From the NCBI RefSeq assembly GCF_006345805.1, contig NC_042997.1:4960001-5024000 (forward strand): a stretch of 64,000 nucleotides of DNA, in the 5' to 3' direction. This document shows, in pieces, positions 1-14,694 of this stretch (positions are counted from its first letter, which is position 1; the number at the start of each line of letters is the position of its first letter). Source of the stretch: Octopus sinensis (Eukaryota). The position numbers and the translations under genes were made by a program. Under the pieces are notes generated by a model. It had not been told where the DNA came from. It saw only the letters and a program-made list of their open reading frames with translations, and did not search any database.

Positions 1-59
1 CTTTGCTCAGCTGTTTAGTTGTCACTATATTCTCGATGACTCGGGTCATCCACTTCCTG

Positions 60-1290
60 ATCTTTTTCTCAAAAGTGATAAATTATTACACAGTTGTCAT
101 ATTACTTCTGCAAATTTTGCAGACATTGTGGCACTGTTTGATCCATGTAAAGCAACTGAATCTGATGACATTTCACTGTTCTTCAGAAGTGCTCTCCTGT
201 GGTGCATTCTGTCTTATCTAGGCTCTTCCGAAAGTGTATCACAGAGTCTTTTTTCCACATTTATAGAAATTCTCGACAGTTGTTCCTCTCTTTAAGAACT
301 GTACTTATCGATCTAATCCTTGTAATTATAATCCAATTGCTCTACTATCAATCATTAGAAAGGGTTTTGAGTCATTAATTAATGACTCTCTTGTAAAATA
401 TCTTTACGCAAATCGTTTATTCTCCGACTTTCAACATGGTTTCCGTGCCTGTAAGTCTACTGCTGATCTTCTCACTGTTATATCCGAGCGTGTTTCTCAT
501 GCCATGTATATATGTTGACAACCTGGGGTAGTTACTTTTGATCTCTCTAAGACATTTGGTGTGTGAGGTTTCATGTTGAACATCATCTCTTTTATTTATG
601 ACCGTAGTATCAATGTTGTTCCTTATAGTTAATCTTCATCTAGTTATACTGTTAATGCTGGGATTACTCAAAGATCTGCCCTGGGCTCAACTTTTTCTTC
701 TTTTTATCAATCATCTATCAGATCCTATCATCTGTGAGCTAGTAATCTATGCTGATCACTCTACTTTGTACTCATGCTTGGATAAATCTGACGACTTGTC
801 TGATAAGGTTGAGATCGCTTCTAACCTAGAGTATGATCTTCGATCTGTTGTTGAGTGGAGTAGGAAATGTCTTGTAACGTTCAATTCATTGAAAACTAAA
901 CTTCTTTCAATTAATCACCCAAACCTCCTTTCTTGCCATCGATTTCGATGGATGACATTGACTTAAATGAGAGTCGTTCATTTCGTCTCCTAAAAGTGAC
1001 TTACTGTAATGATTTTTTCTTGGAGGACTTACATTGAATATAATGCCAAATCAGATGCAATGAAAGCAGGCACACTTCTTCGTTCATGAAGTTATTTCAC
1101 TTCTGAGTCTATTATTTATCTCTAAAAGTCCACCATTCGCCTCTGCATTGAGTACTGTTGTCACATAGGGGCAGTGGCTCTTGTGGATCATTTAACTCTG
1201 TTGGACCACATTCAACGCGGTATTTGTAATGCAATTGGTCCTGATCTGTCTTCTAAATTGGCTTCACATTCTCGACGTGTGGCATGTAAG
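60..1290 (+). mobile_element. Degraded non-LTR retrotransposon reverse transcriptase (CR1/L2/Crack-like)
   Basis: Translation from 315 gives NPCNYNPIALLSIIRKGFESLINDSLVKYLYANRLFSDFQHGFRACKSTADLL (RT NYRPISLL and QHGFR motifs). ORF 598-966 has LFLLFINHL..IYADHSTLY (YADD-like, 748-759). Downstream IEYCCH..LDHIQR matches a typical post-RT segment. Multiple stops and frameshifts. Confidence 0.88.
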
Positions 1291-1917
1291 TCTAACGTGC
1301 ATCGTGACCTAGGGACTTCTGTCTAGTGTCCATTTTATTCTTGTAGCTCTTTAAAAAATCTATATCCGCTTCAACTTAACTTAATCTACACAGGATCGTC
1401 TAACTTAGGATTGTTAATAACTAAAAGTACACATCGTAGTCGATTTTTGTTCATATCTTTCAAAATTAAGTGTTATGTTTTGATCAGTTTTATGCTTATA
1501 CATGTATATTTTCTTATGTCAATTGAAATTTGAAGGATCACGAGTTGAGATACCCATTTTGCTATATATTGTAAGATTGGACTGTAATAATGTAAATCAA
1601 GATGCCGGCATTACAGATTTAGGTTCGTAACACGACAATTGTTTAATATCTAACCAGTCTTTCAAATTACAAATAAAGTTCCACTGAATATATAGGATAT
1701 TTACATTCATTAATCACCGAATAAAAGTTACGTTGAAGTTATTGACAAATATTTTACAATATTTCTTTTGGTAAATTGCAAAGTTTTTTTATATAAGTTT
1801 TATAATTGCAGCGTTGAAAAGTCAATTTTTGTGACGAATTTAGCTCGACTTTTTATAACGAATTCATCTCGTCTATATACATGTTTAAAACTTAAATTTC
1901 GCATTGATATTTGCATA

Positions 1918-2291
1918 GGTGCAAGAGTGACTGTGTGGTAAGTAGCTTACTGACCACACAGGTTCAGTCCTACAGCGCGGCACCTTGGGCAAGTGTCTTC
2001 TACTGTAGCCAGGGGCCGACCAAAGTTCTGAGTGGATTTGGTAGACAGAAACTGAAAGACGCCTGTCGTATATGTGTTTGTGCGTGTGCAAGTGTGTGTG
2101 CAAGTGTGTTTGTGTTTGACCTTCAATATCGCTCGACAACCGATGCTGGTGTGTTTATGTGCCCGTAACTTAGCGGTTTGGCGAAAGACCAATAGAATAA
2201 GCCATGGAGTCGATTTTTTCTCGACTAATGGAGAGTTCTAGCATGGCCGAAGTCAAATGACAGAAACAAATAAAATAATAAAAAAATAAAA
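1918..2291 (+). mobile_element. tRNA-derived SINE, family 1 (CORE-like CCTTGGGCAAG motif, internal GT microsatellite)
   Basis: A-box-like TGACTGTGTGG, B-box-like GGTTCAGTCC, then GGCACCTTGGGCAAGTGTCTT, an internal (GT)n and an A-rich tail. Homologous along its length to the inverted copy at 54020-54397. Confidence 0.85.
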
Positions 2292-3030
2292 ACTTAGTTG
2301 AACATAGTAGACTGTTTGTTATTGTAATGCCAAAATTAAATCATATTGGTTCAAAGAAAAGAAACGTAACAAGTAATGATTATGCATTAATGTAGCTCTT
2401 TAGTATCGACAAATATCCTTTGATAGTTGTACAAATTCATGCAGAAATATACATGCAGAGAGAAACGCTCAACACTGTTTAAACTAATCAAAGTAATTTA
2501 TTCTCTATATTTAAATATTAGTTTTGAGATATGTTTCATTGTTTATTGCACATAATTTCTATTTTCAATTTCTCTTCCCCTGTATTGCTTTTACATTTTA
2601 TTTCACGCTTTCTTATCGTATAAAACTTAGTTTGACATTGATAATATAATATATCTAAATATGAGAATTGAAATCTTTAACAAGATTTCAGCAGATCATA
2701 TATGAGATAATTTTCAAAATTTCTAGCTTTTTCACTTTCACAAAACATAAACTGTACATTATGTGGGTGCATGACTGTGTGTATGCACGTGCATATGTGT
2801 ATATTTACATATACATATATATATATATGAATGTGAAAACACTTTGATTACAAAAGTTTATGTTATTTGTAACCAACATACGTTTCAACGTTGTGGCGAT
2901 TTGCAAAATTTTGGCATTGAATGTTCCAAGGGCAACTGGATGGGGAAACACAACATATCACGAAGGGAGGACTGTATTACATTCTGTTTTATTGATCAAA
3001 CATATTATATATATATATATATATATATAT

Positions 3031-3340
3031 CACCGTGATCACCGGGATCGACCGGGCTATCAGATGTTGCTCCACATCGCTAGTCACAATGCGTTTCGCA
3101 TTGTTATAGCCTTCAAATGACGCCACCCCGCTACCTAAGCGAGCAGGCCAACAGAAGATAGAGTGAGAGAAAGTTGTGGCGAAAGAGTACAGCAGGGATC
3201 ACCACCAACCCCTGCCGGAGCCTCGTGGAGCTTTAGGTGTTTTCGCTCAATAAACACTCACAACGCCCGGTTTGGGAATCGAAACCGCGATCCTACAACC
3301 GGGAATCCGCTGCCCTAACCACAGGGTCATTGCACCTCCA
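3031..3340 (-). mobile_element. tRNA-derived SINE, family 2, full length
   Basis: Minus strand begins TGGAGGTGCAATGACCCTGTGGTTAGGG (A box) ... GGTTTCGATTCCC (B box) and ends in ATCACGGTG-type tail repeats. (TA)n on both sides. A second partial copy lies at 35251-35370. Confidence 0.85.
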
Positions 3341-3429
3341 TATATATATATATATATATATTTCTTTACTGGCCACAAGGGACTAAAACACAGAGGGGAC
3401 AACAAGGGACAGACAAACGGATTTAGTCG

Positions 3430-3552
3430 ATTTTTATATGTTTATATATATTATATCATATATATATAATATATATATATATATAATATATATATATATG
3501 ATATATATATATATATATATATCATATATATATATATATATATAACATATAT
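3430..3552. repeat. (TA)n-rich microsatellite
   Basis: Directly visible. One of dozens of TA/CA/GT arrays in the window. Confidence 0.95.
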
Positions 3553-3615
3553 ATGAGAGGAGATGTACTTGCATACCGAGTGACTTGATCTGCGATAGAA
3601 TGCTGGAACGAAAAC

Positions 3616-3889
3616 AATTGTAGTGTGGAAGGTGTTTGTAAGCCATTTAAGAAACGGACAAAACCGTTAGATTCACCTCAACATTTAAATTTAATTTGTT
3701 CAAATATTTTCCTCGGTTTGAGACCGCGACTTGTTCACTGAAAAAGATGCAGCACGAAGCTTTGACAGTGAACAGGTCGCGGTCTCAAAACGACGAATAT
3801 AATTTGACAAATTATATTTAAATGTTGAAGTGAATGTAACAGTTGTGTGTGTTTCTTAAATGGCTTATAAACACCTTCCACGCTGCAAT

Positions 3890-3890
<1 letters not shown>
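3616..3890. repeat. Foldback element, ~125-bp imperfect inverted arms with 25-bp spacer
   Basis: 3616-3740 (AATTGTAGTGTGGAAGGTGTTT...GAGACCGCGACTTGTTCACTG) is the reverse complement of 3766-3890 (CAGTGAACAGGTCGCGGTCTC...AAACACCTTCCACGCTGCAATT). Confidence 0.9.
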
Positions 3891-3940
<50 letters not shown>

Positions 3941-4486
3941 TATATATATAATATATATTATATATATATATATATATATTATATATATGTGTGGTGGTGT
4001 GTGTGGTGGTGTGTGTGTGGGTGTGTGTGTGTGTGTGTATATGCATATAAATAAATATGTATGTATATATATATATAAACATATATATACATATATACAT
4101 GCATATGTATGTGTGTTGGCTTATGTATAAGTGTGCGTATGAGTGATTGTTCGATATATTTTTAATAAGCATTTAATTTGTTGCTATGCTACATACACCA
4201 TTGGAAAATTAAATTAATTCGACGGAAGACATAGTTAGTCAAATTCATTTTATGTTGATGACGTGGTTCAAATATTGTTCAGAATATATTTTTTTAAAAA
4301 AGTGTTATATTTTTATTTAGAATATATTGGATAAAGTGTTAAATTATTCTCGAGGGAAAACTGCTACTAAGACAGTGGTGTAAATTGAGTTGATCTAAAT
4401 ATATGTATTGACTATACAAGCAACATACGAATATTGTTATTCGTATATGTAATATGTATGTGTTATGTATTGTATGTTAATATATG

Positions 4487-4518
<32 letters not shown>

Positions 4519-4707
4519 ATATTATATATATATAGATATATATATAATATATTATATATATATAAACATGTAACACATTATATAAAAGCCGAAAATACTC
4601 ACATACACACACATATCAATGCACATATACAAATAGGCGCATGCGTACGTGAACGTGTGAGATTGTCTGTATCGTGCGTGCTTATCCTCAATAGGGAAGC
4701 CTTATAT

Positions 4708-4752
<45 letters not shown>

Positions 4753-4779
4753 TATATATATGTGTGTGTGTGGTGTGTG

Positions 4780-4813
<34 letters not shown>

Positions 4814-6154
4814 ACTTATATGTATGTGTGCTGTATGTATGATGGATTATGGATGTATGTATGTATATTTTTGTAATTTTCGGTGTTATACCTTTGTTTT
4901 CCTTCTATATAGTTTTGTCGTTTTGGCTACAAACACCTGAACCTTTAGTTAGTCGCATAACTCATCGTTTTATTGTAATCCCCATACCTCCTCTTCTTTG
5001 TTTAAGTGGGTGCTTTTCTTGCATTGTATAGTACAGAAGTCAAATGTTCATCACATAGTACACTAGAGTGTCGCTCTGAACCATATATTCCAATGTAGCC
5101 CATCGGTCTGAATATAAACATTTTACTAGTGAAATTCCGGATTCGACGTCATTGACTAACCCCCATGTCATAAATAGGATTCCAAGCTCCTCCTACAAAA
5201 TGCACAGTACTTGTTCAAACACCATTGGAATATTACAATATCTCGCGTTCTTTATGTGAACGTAATGAAATGCCCTAGTTAATTACTTCAAAATGAATGT
5301 TTTCTCTTATTTTGTCTAGTCTGAGTGGCACTTTTCCATTGCCTGTTTGAATACACTAGAAACGCTATAAAAATGCTGAATACTTGAAGGGTGTTTGGAT
5401 AAGGGCTTTAGTGTTACAACTGGTGATGAAGATTATCTGACTGCTTCTGCATTAATGTTTTAGTGTGAAATGTAATACGGCAAGGAATATTACTTCCATG
5501 CACTTATGACAGAGATGCTACGAAATTAACAGACAATTATATTATCTGCTATACACATTGAACAAATAATAATTAAAATTCCCTCAAGGGTATCATGAAC
5601 AACTAAAATTAAATATATTGTATAAAATATATCACATTATAAACTGTCGAAGAGATAATTTTACACAAGAGTACATTAAAATGATATTCTGTCATATGAA
5701 TTCTCAATATTATTTGTTTTTGCAAAAGATGAAAAGTGCCTAAGTGCAAATTAGAATTACATTAAACAAAACTATTCCAGTGTGAAATTTAATTGCTGAT
5801 GGAAGAAATCGAAAACTATCTCTTCCCTTTAATCTAACCGCCATTTTTTATTCGTTATTGTTTCCGTTTTGCAGGTATTTCTGTATCTCTTTTATATTTC
5901 ATAATTCAATTTATACACATTATAGAATATGTTTCCCGTTCCAAGTTATAAATTGTAACATTTTGGGGGACAACTATTAATATCTATTAAGTCCAAATTG
6001 AGGTCAAAACGCTTATCCCTACTTTTAATGTTATGATGTAATTTGTAAACGAAAGTCTATAGATAATATACACCTCATGCACATGCATGAACCGAGCTAC
6101 ACATGTAGATGCACGTGTGCATAGATGTATAAAGATGTATATATATATACAAAC

Positions 6155-6194
<40 letters not shown>

Positions 6195-6244
6195 CACATA
6201 TTTGTATCTATCTCTCTATCTATCTATCTATCGATATATATAGA

Positions 6245-6282
<38 letters not shown>

Positions 6283-8420
6283 GCAAGCAACATGCATAAA
6301 TATATGTGTATATATATATATATATTTATATTTGTGTATCTATATGTGTGTGTAGGTGGGCTGCATTTTTCATCCTACAAATAGGCAACAAATGTATTTA
6401 CCAAGCAGTGTGGTGTCATAGTCATTGTGGATTAGTTCGAAAGCCTAGTGAAAATCTATGTATATTCGATCATGTATTTGTGCGTATATATATATGTGTG
6501 TGTGTGTGTGTGTGAGTATGTGTGTGTGTGTTTGTGTGTATGTGCGTGTGTGTGCGCGCGTTTCTATGTGTATAAATCAATCTTGACAGTACCAAACGGT
6601 TTCGCACGAGGTGTTCAACGCAATGATGGGTAACAATCAGATTATATAACCCTGCGATCATCAGAGGCAACTGTTATGGAATGAAATATGGCGATCACTC
6701 TCTATTGTTGGAGGTGAATAGACACATCCGGTTTGTGGTTGCTGTGAAGAAGATAATGAAACGAATCCTGCAGGGTGATTGAGTTAACAGTTATGCACAT
6801 TGGCATGAAAACATCTTCACTGGAGTTATTTTTGTTGCAAGTCGGCATGAGTTTTGTGGAAAAGATCTTGTGGAAAACATGTCTTTAAGGTTGGTATTCT
6901 TGTGGGACTGGAATGTGTGAAGTGTCTGCATTTACATGTTGTAGTGACACTACATATATAACCTTTGCGTTTGGGTGGGCATACATATCCGCGTCCGTTA
7001 GTGAAATTCCTTCTTTTAACATATTGCTTAAATTCGATGAGACTTTATATGATCATACATGGTCATGCAGTATGTGTAGAGGTACAATATGTGTGGGAGC
7101 TTATAATAGCGGTGGAGGAAAAAGTATGTTGAGTATGAGACACCGTGCCGGTGTGTGTGTATTTGTTTGACGGTGCGAAATTGTCTGTTCTGGTCAAACA
7201 CTTTGCCAAACACCCATAAAATAGATTGCATAAAAATATTTTGCTCAATGAAAGTCTACCATTTCCTGAAATAAAATTTATCCTGAAAGTAAATTTTAAA
7301 GGTGTTTCATTTGTTTAACATATCTCCGCGTCAAAAAAATATGACTCTAAGAATAACTTTATGCATCATAAACGTGTGTGTGTGTGTTTGGGTGTATCTC
7401 TCTCTCTATCTATCTGTCTATTGATCGATCAATGTTTATTTTATTTTATTATTTTAGTCGTTTTTCTTACTTTCACTTTTCCTCTCATTTTCTTTTCATA
7501 TCTTCATTTTGACCTATCTACTCATGCTAATCATATACATCTCTCTCACCCTTCTATCCACAAATGCTACCGATACATTCTCAGATTGTCTTTCACACAA
7601 CAAACCCCATCGATTGAGCAACAAAGGATCCACGGCTCCATACTTTGACATAAGTATTACTATTGGAACTTACCATGTACAGGAAAATGTTCTTCCACTT
7701 CTATATACGATTTTACTCGAGTAAAGTTACGCCAAGTACAATATTTAATATTTTATTTCTACTTTCATTTTTTTATTTCCCTCTATCTTCACTATCTTCT
7801 CATTTTCCATAAAATTCCTTATTTCGAACTCATATATTTACCTTTATTTAAACATCTCACAAGGTCTCTAATGAAGCTATTTCGATAATATCCCAGAAAG
7901 AGTCGTAAAAGTATGTATATATATCATTTTACTTATAAGTGCCCTAAAAACTTCTCATAGCCTTGGTTTTCCTATCACATTTTTCTAATACATAAACACA
8001 CACGCGCACATACATATATATATACACAAATATGTGTGTGTGTATCTATGTATATATATTATATACGCGCACGCGCAGAGCTCACACATGCACAGACGAC
8101 ACGCGCGCGCGAGCAAACACGCACACATATATAAAATAGAACCTCGGGTTTCGAACTACTCTAATCACGAATAAATCGTACTTTATCTCCTGACTTTCTC
8201 ATATTCATTTAATACAGTAGTACCTCGTTTTATGAAGGCCCTTGATGACGTATAGATCGTGCTTTATATATATCTATATCAATTTATATATATATATATA
8301 TATGTATGAAGCACCATTTATTCGTAAACAGAGGTGTACGAAAACCAAGTTACTACTGAATATGCAAATAAATATATGTATGTATGTATGTATTTATTAT
8401 TTATATATATATATATATAT

Positions 8421-10219
<1,799 letters not shown>

Positions 10220-10220
10220 A

Positions 10221-10297
10221 TATGGAATTGCGATGGGAACCCGAGCTGCCCCAGTGATACCGAACCTTGTAATGGCTTCCTTGAAGTTATATATATA

Positions 10298-10359
<62 letters not shown>

Positions 10360-10717
10360 GTGGTGTGTATGTATATGCGTTTATATAACGTAGTATTACT
10401 ATAAAGAGAAAATATATCTCTACTAATTTATCAGATGCTAATTTTACGTTAGTAACAGGCCATTCAAAGAATTTAACTCAAATATTCAGTACATACACTC
10501 TCAAAGTAATCATCCAGCTTTAATTAAAAAAGGCATCAATGAAAGATATTAGCAGAAGAATTTCTTACTTATCTTCTAATGAAGAATACTTAATAAGCAT
10601 AAAGACCAGTACAATATAGCATTAGCTAATGATGGCTATCTTGACAAAATGATATATATTCTACACATAGATATTACGGATTATCATAGTAACAAATGCA
10701 GCTGCAGCAGCAGTAGC

Positions 10718-10787
<70 letters not shown>

Positions 10788-11790
10788 ATTGTTGTAGTAT
10801 ATATAACAATGGCATAAATAGAAATATACTTGGCATAAAAACAAATATACATAATGACATTAATGCTAATACCAAACCTAAACTCTGACAAAAAGTGAAA
10901 TATTTAATAGAAATAAAAATAAAGGTGTAAATCAATATAGTAAAAATAAAGATAAATATATATCTAATAAATATATAGCAGGTAACAAGGCTCCAAATAT
11001 TAATGGATATAATGAATTATCTGATAACAAAATATTGTTGAATTTGCCTTTTGCAATACAAATTAAAAGTAACTTGATAAAATCAATTTTCCCAATTATT
11101 AAGAAGCATTTTATTAATAGGAATAGATATCATGAAATTATCAACACAAAAAGCTATTAATATTGGATATAGTTTAACCTATGTCCTTACAACTATTACA
11201 TCTATTAGTAGTAGGATATTAGACATATTCTACTTCAATAGAAGTAAATCTGATAGGAATGATAATAATAATAAAAGTAGTAGTTGTTCAAACGTCGTCT
11301 GCAATTAGCTATCATACCATAATAATACCAGTACTCACTATAGGGTCCATCCACCAAGCGTTTATAATATTGACAATATATATATAAAATTGTGATTGTA
11401 CGATTAAAAGTAATTGCTTATTTAAGAAAGCAGGTTCACATGAAAGTGTAATATACCAATATACGGTAAAGGTACAGGGAGTGAAACATTCTTATATAGG
11501 TTCGCCGTGACATGAAATGAAAAAGCGAGTTGTCACGCATCTCTATACTTTCAGGAGTAATCATAAATCTAATTCAACAGGACTGAGTAAATTTATGTGG
11601 GTGTTAAAAGATAGGAATATAGAGTACGTTCTGAAATGGGAAATATTTGCATCGACACCTTGCAGACAAATTTATATGAAAAAATATACTTTTGCTTAAA
11701 TGAAAACATTTTTATTCTCCCTACTAAAGACTATATTCTTAACCTCAGGGATTAGTGCAACGTTTCTTGTATTCATAAAACTAAATTTGT
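10221..11790 (+). mobile_element. Penelope-like element B, heavily decayed (RT motif + thumb + GIY-YIG)
   Basis: [18 protein letters not shown] at 10221 (PLE RT motif GxAMGxxxAPxxANL). YIHSQSNHP and ISRRISYLSSNEE thumb. ESVIYQYTVK..SYIGS at ~11442-11503, then KKRVVTHLYTFR..TGLSKFMWVLK..LKWEI. Confidence 0.88.
10698..10786. repeat. (GCA)n/(AGT)n trinucleotide array inside PLE B linker
   Basis: Directly visible. Reads as poly-Ser in ORF 10649-10888. Confidence 0.95.
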
Positions 11791-12011
11791 ATTTTCTAAA
11801 TATGAATAAAATATTATATCGCTATTTTTATTCCTATTACTACCGTGCATGTTTAAATTATATAATGACTCACTCATCCATTTCCCTTACTACTTTATGG
11901 TAAACCCACCTGAAAGGTTCCAATATTTATATTTATTTAATACAATCGATATATATATATATATATATATATTATATAAGAGAGAGAGAGAGAGAAAGAG
12001 ATAGAGAGATA

Positions 12012-12093
<82 letters not shown>

Positions 12094-13067
12094 TAGATAG
12101 ATAGATAGATAGATAAGATATAGATATAGATATTACATGCATCGATATAGACTCCTCTATTTCTGCTTTATGTTTTAACCTGTTCGGAGACAAAAGCAAT
12201 GTCTTCCCGATATACATGTCCATATTTCAATTTTAATTCTAATACTAGTATATAGTATTTTTAGTAACATAAGTTATACTTATTTCTCTTTCTTGTTGCC
12301 TATATGCATGTTTAAATTTAAAAAATTGTTGAAAAGATTCTTATCCCCTTACTCTCTGTTTTACTCTTTTTAACCCTTTATAATTCTCAGATTATATTAT
12401 ATTTATTACCTACCATGTATATATATTTAACTATAAAAGTATTTATATGTTACCCTCTCTTATACGTAATGCTGGGCTTATTAATTTAATAATCTATATA
12501 TTATTATAAACTCAATATTTATTTTGTACGCTTGCTATGTTTACCGTACACCTAACATCCATTTCCTACCACATTCACTTTATTGTTCTATTATTATATT
12601 TATTAATTACAACGTGGATTCGTCTTACAACTAACCATTTTATTATTTTCTGACTTTAAACTATATTTAGTCCTATCTCAATCAATCTATCTATCGTTAT
12701 ATATATATATAATTACAGTTTATCTTATTCCTACCTACCATTAAATTAAACGTTAACTTCTCTAATTTTCCAGTATTTTATTCATAATATATCTTGTTTT
12801 TTCTTCCTATTTTTGGTAGAACGTTTTAATATTTTAGTGATAAATCCACTTAACTTATTCTTTAACATATTTTTTAGTTCATAACTTGCACACCTCTCTA
12901 AAAATATATTATATGCACATTTTTCATCGAGCCCAATATATTTGTTTGTTTTGCTCAATTTATTATTAATTACCTCCTCTTCGCTATTTGTGTTCCATTG
13001 ATTTTATAAATTAGGTCCTTTCTCTTTTATACATATACAAAATATAATTACAGTTAGCATATAAAAT

Positions 13068-13120
13068 GGCGGTGCCCCAGCATGGCCACAGCTCATGAGC
13101 TGAAACTAGAATCAATCAAT
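13068..13120 (+). mobile_element. 3' tail fragment of a family-1-like SINE
   Basis: GGCGGTGCCCCAGCATGGCCACAGCT...TGAAACTAG matches the 3' end of the copies at 2235-2270 and 54020-54070. Confidence 0.65.
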
Positions 13121-14604
13121 CAAATCAATCAGTGTACTTTTACTCAACTCCAAATCAGCAAAATAATAACTTTCCTAATTTACGTATATCCCCCTCTCTC
13201 TCTTTAAACGCATGTCTATCTAATGTGTATAAAATGTTTTATAGTTCTTTTTATCTAATTACATGAATATTTGCATTCCCCGGTTCGTGTGTATGTCTCT
13301 AATGTAGTTTGTTCTTAGTTTTTGATAAGCTCTACTCCTCTAAATCAAAGTACTTCTACTATATCAACCAAACCTGTGGCTATGCCCTAACTTACTGTGA
13401 AGAACAATTATTTAGTTCTACCTTTTTTCGCTTTGGTATGCCCCCAAATTCAATCATTCCTAGATTTTTTTAGCCATTCCCTTCTATATTAATACCTACT
13501 TCCGGTTTTGAGGTTTTTTTTATTTAACTCTGTATTGAACTATTTAAATATTTTTATTTATCAATTTTAATTTAACTTGATGCTTTGACCCATATTTAAG
13601 CACTTACCACTTTTACTAGAATATTTTTTTGCTTTTAATTCCTATTTTTGTTTTTATTTATTTATTCATGTTAAATACCATATCTCCGTTACTTAGTAAC
13701 TTAACATATGTACATCCGGTTTCTCACTATACAAACGCTGCATATTTGAAATCTTTAAATTGATTAGGCTAGGACAACAATAAATTTTTAAGGACTGAAA
13801 GGTAATAATTTTAAATTGTGTATTCATTTATTTCTCTTCCTGTCCATATCTATTTTCACTTTTTCCTCTATCTGCTTTGATTGATTTTACTTTATTCATG
13901 TTTCTATTTATTTATATTTATATTTTTTATGCGCCCTCACATTAAGTTCATGTTCTTATTCGTCTTTTATCTATTTCGATATTTATAATAAATAATACAT
14001 TGCCTGAATGTCGTCCACCTTAATTAAATATTAGTAAGTATAGAAATTTGAATTAATAGCAAAATATGATGTATTTATTAATTATGGCAAATTGAGCTTC
14101 CTTATACTTAACACTCCAATTAAATATATTGTTTTACACCTCCATTATACACAACCTTACTCCCCTTATAGAGACTCTACCATTTTTATACTATATTCTT
14201 TACGTATAAATTTTATCAGTTAACGGTTTACAGCGTTTATTCAACATGCAGGAATTGAAAACCAAATTTGAATATCTTTATTTACCTCTAAAGAGATTCG
14301 ACTTTCAAATAATTTATAATTCGATTAATTTTCTGAGGGACAAAATTTAAAAAGCTGCAGGGATGTTTGTCAATTTTTTAAAATTAATGAATGATAATTT
14401 AATAATTTCCTCTCTCTATTCTCATCTCATGATTATAATAAATAAATATATATGAACCATGATTTATATGGCCAATTTGCAGTTGAGTATTATATATAAT
14501 GTTCAATAATCTTTATATATGTAACTATTACTTTGATAAGATTTTGCTATTCCTGAATGAAGTTTGCAAACTGTGATTGTCCTTATACATACATACATAC
14601 ATAC

Positions 14605-14694
<90 letters not shown>

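Noticed and set aside
1885-2192. ORFs containing VEDTCPRCRAVGLN (also 54181-54375)
   Set aside because: They are antisense translations of the SINE family 1 head.
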